Shown piece by piece: positions 37,616 to 47,406 of a DNA stretch of 64,000 bases. How positions within the stretch are numbered: the stretch's first letter is position 1; every line of letters starts with the position of its first letter. Source of the stretch: Candidatus Bathyarchaeia archaeon (GTDB lineage Archaea; Thermoproteota; Bathyarchaeia; 40CM-2-53-6); contig JBEKFP010000003.1 of assembly GCA_050013255.1 (NCBI GenBank), positions 128,001-192,000 on the forward strand, given 5' to 3'. A program made the translations under genes and the position numbers. The notes under the pieces are model-generated. The model ran no database searches, was not told the origin of the DNA, and was given only the letters and a program-made list of their open reading frames with translations.

Positions 37616-38827
37616 TTAGGCTGCCCATATGTCGCCGTTGGAATCGACGGTCACCTTGACTGAGGGTAATGGGAACTGAGCCGGGCCTTGGAGAACCGTC
37701 GCGCCGTGGGATGGGTCGAATGCTGCACCGTGGCAAGGGCATCTGATTATGGAGGATGAGTTATCGTATCCTACAGTGCAGGGTCGATGCGTGCAGGTTG
37801 AAGAATACGCAACTACGCTTCCGTTCTGAAGCCTGACTAACATGTCCTGATTTCCCTGCTGGTCTGTAAAATAGATGGAAGAGTTCATTGGAATGTTGGC
37901 GATATTGCCTATCTTGACCCCCGTAGGAATGGGATTCTGTGGGTTAGTGGCCGTCTGCGGTTGAACTACGGGATGTTGGATTTGGGCCTGTGCCTGCGGG
38001 GGGACTTGAATTGAAGGGAGCATTTCTGCTGCCCATGTGGCCATCCCACCGAATGTCACTGCAACGGCCGTCCCAGCAGCCAACATGCCAATCTTCTGCA
38101 GCGCCCTTCTGCGTGTGAGGTCTGTTCTTCCGCTAGCGCCAACGGCTTGCGGTTTCAGGAAGCGTTTTGTATTCTTGAGGACGGCGTACTCTGCGCCAGC
38201 TCCTATTAGCGCAACTGTCCCGAAGAGTAGCCACATGGAAACCGTGGGGCCCAGTGGAGCGATGGTTGAGGCTGCTGTGATTGCATGGACTTCAGCCAGA
38301 GTGAGCGCCCCCACCATCAGCCATAGGTGAAGCTTTTTGATCGAGCCGAAAGCCTTCACCTTGCGCTTTGACTCGAGGAAGATGCCGGAAAAACCGAGGA
38401 TTAAGAGAACCAAAAAGCCTGCAGCTCCGAGCAACGTGCCTGCGAATAAGGAGGTGATGCTTGGGAGGAGAAATATGCCGTGAATTGCAGCAAAGACGGT
38501 TACGAGGATAGAGAGTGCGACGTGCATTTCCCGCCAACCGTAAACGCGAGCATCCGTGTAAAGCTCCGAAACCACTCGACTCCCTTCGTGCCCTAGCGCG
38601 TTCGCTCGTAATTGGGACATGTACCGCTTATCCGCCCAAGCCTTCCAGAAGCCTTGAATTACGAGGACTGCGGATGCGGCGAGAGCGCCCCACCCCAGCA
38701 GTTGAGCGTAACTGTAGCTTGTTCCGAGGATTGCCGATTGTTGTGTGGAGAGATTGATTCCGATGCCTGTGGCCGCTGCGAGAATCGTGATAAGTAACCA
38801 TATCTTTGAACGCACTGCAAACACCAC
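37616..38827 (-). CDS. Cytochrome b-like multi-TM domain + internal twin-arginine motif + Rieske [2Fe-2S] domain
   Basis: Paired TM His; LTRRRALQ; CTHRPC...CPCHG. Confidence 0.85.
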   Translation of the reverse strand: MVFAVRSKIWLLITILAAATGIGINLSTQQSAILGTSYSYAQLLGWGALAASAVLVIQGFWKAWADKRYMSQLRANALGHEGSRVVSELYTDARVYGWREMHVALSILVTVFAAIHGIFLLPSITSLFAGTLLGAAGFLVLLILGFSGIFLESKRKVKAFGSIKKLHLWLMVGALTLAEVHAITAASTIAPLGPTVSMWLLFGTVALIGAGAEYAVLKNTKRFLKPQAVGASGRTDLTRRRALQKIGMLAAGTAVAVTFGGMATWAAEMLPSIQVPPQAQAQIQHPVVQPQTATNPQNPIPTGVKIGNIANIPMNSSIYFTDQQGNQDMLVRLQNGSVVAYSSTCTHRPCTVGYDNSSSIIRCPCHGAAFDPSHGATVLQGPAQFPLPSVKVTVDSNGDIWAA

Positions 38828-38840
38828 GCGCTGTTAAGTG

Positions 38841-39086
38841 CTAATCGTCGCCGCTCGAACAGCCGTCGTCATTGTTGCAGGTCTGATTCCGCTGGGGCTG
38901 TGGAGTCGAGTTTGACGTGCCCGGATGTGGCGAGTTAATTTGGGAAATACCGGAGATCGGTTGGTTTTGTTGATTAGTTTGACCAAGTGCGGGCGCATGT
39001 GTTCTGATTATTGCAGCTCCGCCAACTGCGGTGATCGCCAATATGGCGATTAACAGTGCGACTACAATTGGCGTTGTTGTTCTCAC
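38841..39086 (-). CDS. Small exported peptide
   Basis: Signal peptide, Q/N/P linker, acidic CNNDDGC..DD tail. Confidence 0.55.
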   Translation of the reverse strand: MRTTTPIVVALLIAILAITAVGGAAIIRTHAPALGQTNQQNQPISGISQINSPHPGTSNSTPQPQRNQTCNNDDGCSSGDD

Positions 39087-39136
39087 GCGTTCGTCAACTC
39101 ATGTTAACTACACAGTGTAGTTGAGAAGCATAGGAT

Positions 39137-39385
39137 TTAGGCTTTATGTCGAGGCTGCACGGAATATGCATCGTTAAGTATGGACAGCCTCCTATGTGCA
39201 CTTTCCTCTCCCTCATAGTTTGGTACGCTCTTCGCATGTCTTGCGTAGTAATGCCGCTTCAATCGAAGTTTTGTGTTAAATTTCCGTTCGCATAGGAGAC
39301 ATTTGTAGATTCCGATGATGGAGCGGAAGCCAACGGATTTCCCGTCCTGATAATCTTGAGATGTTTGCCTCAACGATTGCACCAT
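39137..39385 (-). CDS. C2H2 zinc-finger protein
   Basis: YKCLLCERKF...L.RHY..RH. Confidence 0.7.
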   Translation of the reverse strand: MVQSLRQTSQDYQDGKSVGFRSIIGIYKCLLCERKFNTKLRLKRHYYARHAKSVPNYEGEESAHRRLSILNDAYSVQPRHKA

Positions 39386-39465
39386 GTGATTTGCGTTATC
39401 CAGTAGAGCGCCTTATAATCCGGATTCATCTTAGGTGCACACCAAAAGTAGTATCTGAGTCGGAC

Positions 39466-39663
39466 CTATTCTGCGAAGTCTGGAATTGCTTTTCCATGTT
39501 TTTCGCCGTAATGCCGGTTCAGTAACAGCTTCAAGCCGAATACGGTGTCGCAGTACAAGCACGCATATCGTTTTACAAGTGGTAAGCGGGGCGCTTCAGG
39601 GATTGTTCTATTGAGGAATGTTCCTTGAATCTCAAACATAGGGTCATCCTTTTTCCTCAGCAT
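39466..39663 (-). CDS. C2H2 zinc-finger protein (paralog)
   Basis: YACLYCDTVF...L.RHY..KH. Confidence 0.7.
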   Translation of the reverse strand: MLRKKDDPMFEIQGTFLNRTIPEAPRLPLVKRYACLYCDTVFGLKLLLNRHYGEKHGKAIPDFAE

Positions 39664-39667
39664 CTTT

Positions 39668-40297
39668 TCACCCGCTCAAGTAGATGTTTCCCGTCGATGC
39701 GTCGTATTGTATTGGGATCTTCTGCAGAGGATAAGGTGCGGGTCCGGCTACAACTTGCGCGTTATTGTATGGGTCATAGATTGCGCCGTGGCATGGGCAG
39801 GCGATATCTCTACCTGCCGGGTCGAACTGGACTTGACAACCCGCGTGCGTGCAGATCGAACTGTAAGCGACGACCTGCCCGTTATCCAGATGAATCAAAA
39901 TTATCGGGCCGAACGTTGGGTCATTCAGCGCCAAAGACTGGTTTACTGGAATGTTCGCCGCATTTGCCAGAAGCCTGCCATTCTGAGTGCCTGGTTGAGA
40001 CACGTAGGTCGGTGTTTGCCCTTGAGAGCTGGGGAGGGTTGCGATCTTTAGCAACACTAAAGCTGAGACAGAGACCGCCGCAAATCCAAGCGTGCTGTGA
40101 AGGAAATTCCTACGTTCCCTTTGGAATCGTGTTCTTTGTTCCGTTCGAACATCAGCGTCAGGTCGAAAAGAAGCACGGGAGAGCAGTACAGGAAGCTTAG
40201 GTTGGCCTAAGAAGACTGAAGTTACGATTTCCTTTGGAATCTTTAGCCCATACTTTTCGATTAATGCCTCCGCAGGTTGATTTCCTTCCTCTGTCAT
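39668..40297 (-). CDS. Tat-exported Rieske protein
   Basis: ERRNFL + TM; CTHAGC...CPCHG. Confidence 0.88.
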   Translation of the reverse strand: MTEEGNQPAEALIEKYGLKIPKEIVTSVFLGQPKLPVLLSRASFRPDADVRTEQRTRFQRERRNFLHSTLGFAAVSVSALVLLKIATLPSSQGQTPTYVSQPGTQNGRLLANAANIPVNQSLALNDPTFGPIILIHLDNGQVVAYSSICTHAGCQVQFDPAGRDIACPCHGAIYDPYNNAQVVAGPAPYPLQKIPIQYDASTGNIYLSG

Positions 40298-41055
40298 GAT
40301 CCTTCGCCTCCACTACGGTTTACGAGGTTTTCAAGCCCGTGCAACAGCCTAGGCGTATCGGTACGGTCAACGCCTAGACTAATCACAAATGCTCGCACAA
40401 ACTCGATTATGGTCTGTGTTTCACGATGTGATACGAACTGCTGCTTTATTCTGTCAAAAGCTCTGTTTACCTCGAGCACCTGTTTGGGGTAGAGGGTAGC
40501 TTTTCTGGCGAGGGGAACCTGAACTTGATTAGGTTGCGTGTTAGTCGGCGCTGCTATTGCAATTACTTGGTTGGGTCTTGCTATTAACCAACCTAGAGAT
40601 TGAAATCGCCTAGCTAATACATTGTCTATGCTTTGCCCTGCCTGTGGCCCCGTTAAGAGTAAAGTCAACCAGCACGCGGCGAATACAATGTCAGAGCCGA
40701 AATAGAATGGGAACGCATTCCACGTCGCAGACAGAAAAAATGTGAAGTTGAGCAACAACCCAGCGAACGCAGCAATTCTGAAGAGAAAGCCAACCAAAGT
40801 GGCAATCCCTATCAGGGTCTCGCCAACTCCAACCACATATCCAAAAGTGATAGCATTCGGTACCACTACGCCAAGTAGGAAATCATGAATTGGGGAACCA
40901 ATTGCATATTGCGAAATCAAATGACCGATGTAACCTGACTTGGACGGGTCGAAGTAAGATGGATCCGTCAAATGTTGCAGTCCTGCGTACAGGAACGTTG
41001 CCCCCATGAAGATTCGTAATGGCCAAAGCGAGCTTGTAACGGAGTTCAGTCGCAT
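40294..41055 (-). CDS. DoxX/TQO small subunit DoxD-like membrane protein
   Basis: PLRIF.G.TFLYAGLQ, E..IG, PFYFGSD. Confidence 0.8.
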   Translation of the reverse strand: MRLNSVTSSLWPLRIFMGATFLYAGLQHLTDPSYFDPSKSGYIGHLISQYAIGSPIHDFLLGVVVPNAITFGYVVGVGETLIGIATLVGFLFRIAAFAGLLLNFTFFLSATWNAFPFYFGSDIVFAACWLTLLLTGPQAGQSIDNVLARRFQSLGWLIARPNQVIAIAAPTNTQPNQVQVPLARKATLYPKQVLEVNRAFDRIKQQFVSHRETQTIIEFVRAFVISLGVDRTDTPRLLHGLENLVNRSGGEGS

Positions 41056-41257
41056 GTTGGACGCTGTTGCTTCCAATGAAAGTTCACAGGTGGGCAAGCT
41101 ACTCAAAATCGGATTTAGGAAGAGTGGTACAAACCTCAAAACGTAGCTCGTTGAATCATCTTAAAGGCCCACCCGGTTTTGTTGAGGAAAAGGATTTGTT
41201 GCAGGTTAAACCTTTCACGCTTGTACCATAAGCTTCATAATCCATAAGAAATGCCAA

Positions 41258-41887
41258 GTGAGCACAGATGGTCGCAACTCAGGATACTCAGAGTGTCAGC
41301 AGGATGAGCGAACACGCGTAAGTGACGGACTTGTGGACACCAACACTGAGGATTATCACGAACCTAGACGCGATCAGATCCTTGCATTCATTAAGACACA
41401 TCCTGGGTCGCACCTACGCCAAATACAAAGGGAATTGGGCCTGGCTATGGGCGTGATGCAATATCACCTATATGCTCTCGAGAAGGAGAATAGGATAGCT
41501 TCCCGCAGAAGAGGATTGTACAAGAGATTTTACCCCGTCCTCCAGTTTGCTGGCGGACAGCTGGATATCCTAGACGTATTGTCGCAGGAAACGGAAAGAG
41601 ACATTCTCCTCTTCCTGATTCAGAAACCGGAAGCAACCCAGAAGGAACTCTCTGAATACATGGACATCTCACCTGCTTCGGTTAACTGGCATATTCGGAG
41701 GTTGTCCGATTCTGGACTTGTGGATTCTAGGCGCGAGGGAACTAATGTAAGATACTCAGTTCGAGGAGGTCATGGTGAGATACTTGCTCTTCTTAGGAGT
41801 TATCATCCAATGGTTTGGGAGAGATGGGCCGACAGGTTGGCTGATGCTATCTTGGAGATATCAGATTCCGAAGGAGAGGTACGTTGA
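41258..41887 (+). CDS. Double winged-HTH transcriptional regulator
   Basis: PG.HLRQI.R.L....QYHL..LE; second HTH QKELS...VNWHI..L. Confidence 0.85.
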   Translation: MSTDGRNSGYSECQQDERTRVSDGLVDTNTEDYHEPRRDQILAFIKTHPGSHLRQIQRELGLAMGVMQYHLYALEKENRIASRRRGLYKRFYPVLQFAGGQLDILDVLSQETERDILLFLIQKPEATQKELSEYMDISPASVNWHIRRLSDSGLVDSRREGTNVRYSVRGGHGEILALLRSYHPMVWERWADRLADAILEISDSEGEVR

Positions 41888-41896
41888 GGGGTTAGA

Positions 41897-42256
41897 ATGA
41901 TGATTAGTCATTACTTGCATTCTTTGGTCATTCAGGTTGGTCTGTTCGAGGGAGCGGAGAGAGGAACCGCTGAGGCCTTGGGAATCGCTTCAGGCATTTT
42001 CGCTTTGTTACTATTCTCGCTCTCAATGTACGCTTGGTCTAGGCGAAGGCAACCTGCATTAGCAATCGTATCCATCGCCTTCTTGCTCTTCTTTTTCCGA
42101 CACATAGTTCAAGTCCTCGCTGAAATGTACGAGTTTGACTCAGCTGTAGCGCTAACCCTAGTCTTCATGGACTTCATAATTCTCGCGCTCTTCTTCGTTG
42201 CGATCGTCATTAGACCGAGGAGAAAGCAACCGGCAGGAGATACAAGTAGCCCTTGA
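41897..42256 (+). CDS. Small 3-TM membrane protein, likely partner of the regulator
   Basis: Three TM segments; directly downstream of the wHTH gene. Confidence 0.65.
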   Translation: MMISHYLHSLVIQVGLFEGAERGTAEALGIASGIFALLLFSLSMYAWSRRRQPALAIVSIAFLLFFFRHIVQVLAEMYEFDSAVALTLVFMDFIILALFFVAIVIRPRRKQPAGDTSSP

Positions 42257-42410
42257 TTGAAACCAGTTACGCTAAAGACCGGATTTAAGGATAGAAAGGG
42301 CGCACTTACATTATCCATCCAAATCTAATTGTCTGCGTCTGCGATTCAGAAAGTTCTGGGAGAGGTTATACGCTTGTACCAGAACCCTCTTAGGTCGTGC
42401 GACTTACGAG

Positions 42411-43535
42411 ATGCAAATCAGTGAACGGGATTTGCCACGACGAAATCGAAAGTGGGCCAAGCGTGTTGGCATTACTGAGCGTAGGACGATCCTCGCAATC
42501 TCAATCCTAATCATCGTCGTAGCCTCAATTGCATCCTATTATGCAGGCTTCGCTGTCGGAAATGCAAGGTTGAACGCTGTCAGAATCTACGCAAACTCTA
42601 GCCGCAGCGTAGTTACCATACAAGGAGACAGCGCAACCCAGACTGTCCTGGGGTCCGGGTTTGTGATTCGCTATGCGAATTCGAATTACATAGTGACAAA
42701 CTTTCACGTGGTTGACGGAATGGTCAACGTCACCGTAACATTCTGGGATGGCAACGCATATGCGACGAAAGTCATTGGTTCAGACGGATATGAAGACACC
42801 GCGATCCTCGCTGTTTCAGCTCCATCTGATGAGTTCTATCCGTTACAACTTGGTTCATCGTCCTCTCTGAGCGTCGGAGACCCAGTGGCAGCGATTGGCA
42901 ATCCATACGGTCTTTCAGGTTCCATAACCGTAGGTATAGTTGGCCAGTTGGGAAGAACAATCCAATCCGATGCCACTACGGGCGGTTATGCTATAGCGGA
43001 CGTGATCCAGTTTAGCGCTCAGATAAACCCTGGAAATTCCGGAGGGCCCCTGCTCAATGCAGACGACTTTGTTGTCGGCGTAACCACGGCTCAGGTCACC
43101 GGGTCGCAAGGGCTTGGCTTCGCGATTCCCTCTAATACAATAGCACGAGAGTTGTCATCGTTGGTGAATACAGGCAAGTACGCGAAGCACCCCTACCTCG
43201 GCATTGCAGCAACTGACATGAACTACCAGCTCTCCCAAGTGACGCATGGCATAGTTACCTATGGCGTCCTGGTCGAAAAATCCGTAGGCAACGGACCGGC
43301 AAGCCTAGCTGGGGTGAAAGGTGGCACGAATCTCGTTACGGTTGCAGGGCAACAATATCTTACCGGGGGTGACATAATAATTTCTATCAACGGAGCTAGG
43401 ATTGTAAACAATGACGCGCTCTCAACCTACCTAGAAAGATACACACTTCCGGGAGAGACTGTTCAGGTCGGAATTATCAGAGATGGCAAATTCATCTCGG
43501 TTCAGGTAACGCTGGGAACCCGACCGCCTCTGTGA
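42411..43535 (+). CDS. htrA: HtrA/DegP-like serine protease with PDZ domain
   Basis: TNFHVV, D, PGNSGGPL; GDII..ING. Confidence 0.92.
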   Translation: MQISERDLPRRNRKWAKRVGITERRTILAISILIIVVASIASYYAGFAVGNARLNAVRIYANSSRSVVTIQGDSATQTVLGSGFVIRYANSNYIVTNFHVVDGMVNVTVTFWDGNAYATKVIGSDGYEDTAILAVSAPSDEFYPLQLGSSSSLSVGDPVAAIGNPYGLSGSITVGIVGQLGRTIQSDATTGGYAIADVIQFSAQINPGNSGGPLLNADDFVVGVTTAQVTGSQGLGFAIPSNTIARELSSLVNTGKYAKHPYLGIAATDMNYQLSQVTHGIVTYGVLVEKSVGNGPASLAGVKGGTNLVTVAGQQYLTGGDIIISINGARIVNNDALSTYLERYTLPGETVQVGIIRDGKFISVQVTLGTRPPL

Positions 43536-43746
43536 CATCAAAATTCACGTTCAACATACCATCACTCATCCGGGCGAAGAGCCCAGTTCTTTAGCAGCTG
43601 AGGATTCAGCCCAGTCACACAGTCGGTCGCTTGGACCAGGGTCTAGACGGACTAACCAGCCAAGACACACTAAAAAAATCCTTCATAAAGTCACACACTT
43701 TTCCTAATCCTAGTTCTACTCTCATTCTGGTTCCTGGTCTGGTTAG

Positions 43747-43911
43747 TTGAGGGAGGAATTGTTGCGAAGACAAGACACTAGGGCTCTAAGAGAAGGAATC
43801 TTGCATCTAACGAATGGTGAAGCGAAGAAGCTTGGCGTAGGCGAGTGGACGCTCCACTACTTACGCAAGAATGCAAGAGGGCGCGGTGTATCAAACTACC
43901 ATTGTTGTTGA
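43747..43911 (+). pseudogene. Relic resembling the C-terminal HTH of Cas1-solo/casposase
   Basis: LRRQDTRALREGILHLTNGEAKKLGVGEWTLHYLRKNAR (54 aa, below the ORF-track cutoff). Confidence 0.5.
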
Positions 43912-43915
43912 TAGC

Positions 43916-44824
43916 TTAGTAGGCTTTCCTTATGATCGCGAAACCAGAGTACCCGTATCTTCGGATCCTAGTTTCCCCCTCAACGCCTTCTACGTACACG
44001 CCCTTTCCCGCTTTGATGTCTTGGGCCGCCTGTAGGACTCTTTCAAGCGCGGCTTTCTGAACGTAAGGTTCGTTGTGGCTGGGCAGTAGCCTGTCGTAAT
44101 GTGAAGAGAGGGCGATCATCCGCTCGTAGCTTTTGATGAAGGCGTCGAGATCGCTTCCTGGCAGGTGGATGTAGATTGCGGCTGGATAGAAGGTGTCCCC
44201 CGTCCACAGTAGCCTTGCATTTCTATCGAGGAGGCATATGGAGTCGGGGCTGTGCCCGGGTTGTATAAACAACCTCTAACTTCCTGTTTCCCAAATCGAT
44301 GACGTCGCCATCCTTCAGCCATTGTGTCACCGTGAATGGTGGAACATGGTAATTCTCAGGATCAAAATCCTCGGGTAGGGGTTTCCATAACATTCCGTCC
44401 GCGAGTAGACGTGACATCTCTGCCTTGTTGCAACCGTTCTTGGCGGCTTGCCGGGCGTTGGGGGCATCAAATATTGCGACACTGTCGAACAGGTAGTTCT
44501 GCGCGATGTGGTCGTAGTGGCTATGCGTATTCACGACCATGATGGACAGGGATGTGAATTCTTCGGCGAGTCTCTTCACGTTACCCATTCCCAATCCCGT
44601 GTCGATCAGAACCGCGCGCTCCTTCCCAACCACTAGGTATGATATGACTTCCTCAAACTGGCCAGGCTCATAGAACAATAGACGTCGGGGTTGATCTTGT
44701 AGACCTCGAACCACGGTTGACTAGACTGGAGCCTCTGAAGCTCCGAGAAAGTCTTCCTGGGCAAGGCCTTCCACCAGTCCGTCGGTGCAACGGTGGTTCC
44801 CTCGCCGATTCTCTTGGTGGACAT
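43916..44824 (-). pseudogene. MBL-fold hydrolase broken by two frameshifts
   Basis: THSHYDH, PGHSPD, TGD and PSH motifs spread over three ORFs. Confidence 0.85.
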
Positions 44825-44931
44825 CGCTCGTCACATCCCGACAAAGATTCAATTGGGGATATTATAGTGGCTCTGAGGTTAATCCCAAAGTTCGATTTTC
44901 CCCAGCCAGTTTAAGGCTTGCAGTCCCTTAA

Positions 44932-46173
44932 TCAGCGCCGAGATCTAGCAGGTTTACGCTGGCGTCCACCGCATTCACCACAGAATTTTGCGCCTTGGGG
45001 AAGCTTAGTTCCGCAGCTCATACAAAACGGCCCAGGTTGCTTCGAGGTGTTTCCAGCACTGGTTGTCTGCGAAGGGGTTGCATCCGTCGATGCTACGCTG
45101 TTCTCTTGCGGAGAATTGCTCGATTGGTTATTCGATGAGGTTCCACGCCTCATCAGAAGAAATATCGCTGCTAGAAATAGCCCTGCTAAGATACCGGTTA
45201 ATACGCTAAGCGTCGTAACGAGTGTTGCGTCGGTAGTGGTTGTGATACTTGTGAATGTCGATATCGCAGTGACTGCTTCGGGAGTTTCCGTCGAGGTTGA
45301 GAAACTTGTCTCCGTGAAGGCAGAGTACATAGTGGCGGTCGTAGTGGCCGTCTGATATTGGTTCGGGTAACCGTAGTTTGGATTGCAATTGTACGGGTAA
45401 TTGGGATAGTTCGGATAACAAGTCGGGTAGCAGTTGTAATAATTGGTGTAGCAGTTGTTGTAGTTGTTGTAGCAATTACTATCGTAACAATTCCCATTGC
45501 AGTTGTTGTAGTAACATGTGTATTGGTGGCAGTTCCATTTGTTTCCATAGTGGTTGCAAGTTCGAGTCGGGGGATCGCTCGACACGGTTGTGGTCGAACT
45601 AGTGACACGAGTTGTCGTTACGGACGATGATGTAGGGCTTTCAACTGTCGCAATAGCGGTAGTAGTTGTAGACTCTGATGATCCCATCGAAGACGTTAGA
45701 GAGGTTGAACTCGTCGACGAAGTTGATGATGTCTCGGTGCTTGTGGAAGATGTCATGGCGGCCGACGTAGACGTCACACTCGTTGACACCACTTCTGTAG
45801 GAGTCGTGGACGTAGAGCTTGCCGAAGTAGGTGAATCTTCAGAAGTGCTCGACAAAGAAATAACAGGTGATGTTGAGGCCGTCGTAGCAGTTGGCGTGGC
45901 CAATGTCGTGAGTGTAGTCGAGGATTCAGCTGATGTGGCGGATGAACTTGAGGTTGTAATCGTTTGCGATTCAGGAGCTGTGGGTGCAGCTGAGGTTGAT
46001 GTCGACTCTGAGGCTGAGTCGGAAATAAAGGCTGATGTTGAAGAGGAACTCATCACGGTAGAATTATCCATTTGCTGAACTGCAATGGCCGACGCTGTGT
46101 ACCCGTTCGAGATCAAGCCCACGACGGCTAACAGGATGATTCCGCCCAATACCCATCGCATGTTCATCGACAC
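44932..46173 (-). CDS. Mucin-like Ser/Thr surface protein with Cys/Asn/Tyr-rich segment, TM and cytoplasmic zinc ribbon
   Basis: Amino-acid composition; FCMSCG...FCGECG. Confidence 0.75.
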   Translation of the reverse strand: MSMNMRWVLGGIILLAVVGLISNGYTASAIAVQQMDNSTVMSSSSTSAFISDSASESTSTSAAPTAPESQTITTSSSSATSAESSTTLTTLATPTATTASTSPVISLSSTSEDSPTSASSTSTTPTEVVSTSVTSTSAAMTSSTSTETSSTSSTSSTSLTSSMGSSESTTTTAIATVESPTSSSVTTTRVTSSTTTVSSDPPTRTCNHYGNKWNCHQYTCYYNNCNGNCYDSNCYNNYNNCYTNYYNCYPTCYPNYPNYPYNCNPNYGYPNQYQTATTTATMYSAFTETSFSTSTETPEAVTAISTFTSITTTTDATLVTTLSVLTGILAGLFLAAIFLLMRRGTSSNNQSSNSPQENSVASTDATPSQTTSAGNTSKQPGPFCMSCGTKLPQGAKFCGECGGRQRKPARSRR

Positions 46174-46361
46174 AAATAGCAGACTCCGGCCAATGCACCA
46201 ATGCTAATCCTGTATACCTCACACACTTAACTATGGCGCGTAGTTAGGGCAAATGGATGAATCATCCTCTACCTTAATTACGGGACTAAGAAGCCGGTTA
46301 GGCTTTGCTAGACGAGTCTGGCGGCAAGAACGGCGATTTTGGCCTCTCTTTGATCGTATGG

Positions 46362-46922
46362 TTATAGGAGACCGAATCCAGGCCTTGAAGCGGCAGCATG
46401 AATTACAGCTATGCAAAGTGCAACAATAGTCAGCCATAAATGGAACCGGTTAAGTGTTTTGAAAGACTTACGCCCGCGCCTGCTTTCGAGAAGGATGCCT
46501 GACACACCAAGAGCTAGGATGAAGAGAAATGCCGCAGCGCCAATAACGTAACCGATAAACCCTGATTCGAGGGTCGGTAATAGGATGATGCTATGAACGC
46601 CGGCAAAGACAGTTAAGAAGAGAGATAGTAGCAGGTGTGTTTCCAACCAATCATGAATCTCTAACTTTGCAAATGCCTTGGCGCCACCAGCTTTCTGTTT
46701 ACTCGCAGACCGCGTCGCACGGAAACTGATTCCAAGCCATGGTTTCCAAAATCCCTGAATGATTAGGGCAGCGAAGATGAAGATTGCCGCATAGCCCAAC
46801 GAATTCGCATACCTGTACCCTAACCTAACGAACGCGCCGCTCTGAACAAACATGACCGTAAAGATAATCGTCGTCATCAGAGCAAACACAATCAGCCAAT
46901 GCTTCATCTGCATGATCTGCAT
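46362..46922 (-). CDS. Stand-alone cytochrome b-like membrane protein, paralog of the N-terminus of 37616-38827
   Basis: Shared IQGFWK.W, W.E.H..LS....FA..H, G.SGI.LES and HLWL......H. Confidence 0.75.
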   Translation of the reverse strand: MQIMQMKHWLIVFALMTTIIFTVMFVQSGAFVRLGYRYANSLGYAAIFIFAALIIQGFWKPWLGISFRATRSASKQKAGGAKAFAKLEIHDWLETHLLLSLFLTVFAGVHSIILLPTLESGFIGYVIGAAAFLFILALGVSGILLESRRGRKSFKTLNRFHLWLTIVALCIAVIHAAASRPGFGLL

Positions 46923-46998
46923 CAGCTCGTTGAAAGTTTTCCTATGCGTTGTGTACGTCGGGTTATCTTGCCTAACCGAGAAACGAATTATGAAAGCT

Positions 46999-47406
46999 TT
47001 ACGGGTTCCGAGTTCTCTTTTTCTTTCTTAGCCGGGACCCGATTTCTATCCAATTGCCATTCGGGTCTCTGACATAGGCTAGAAGCCATCTTCCTTCTTC
47101 AAAGGGCGGGATTGCCCCCTTATGTTTCTTCGATATTTTTCCGTACGTGGCATACGCATCACTTACTTCAAAGGCTAGATGGTCCAGCCCAGATTTGCCG
47201 CCGTATCTGTATTTTTTTGGATACCAGTTGAGCTCTAGAACTTGCTTAGAACCTTTCGACATTAACCACGCGACCCGGCCGCCTGTCTCCTTGATTTTCG
47301 CTTTGAAAAGGAGACGCATTCCCAATGTTTTCCTATAGAAGTTGATGGACTTCTCAAGGTCAGCGACATGAATCCCGGTGTAAATGAACTTCGCCGGCAA
47401 GGTCAC
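46999..47406 (-). CDS. VOC/glyoxalase family protein
   Basis: V.DLEKSI.FY, DHLAF.V, RDPNGNWIE. Confidence 0.88.
   Translation of the reverse strand: MTLPAKFIYTGIHVADLEKSINFYRKTLGMRLLFKAKIKETGGRVAWLMSKGSKQVLELNWYPKKYRYGGKSGLDHLAFEVSDAYATYGKISKKHKGAIPPFEEGRWLLAYVRDPNGNWIEIGSRLRKKKRTRNP

Noticed and set aside
44918-46078. Val-rich and Leu/Gln-rich alternative-frame ORFs
   Set aside because: Shadows of the low-complexity Ser/Thr and Asn/Tyr codons of 44932-46173.
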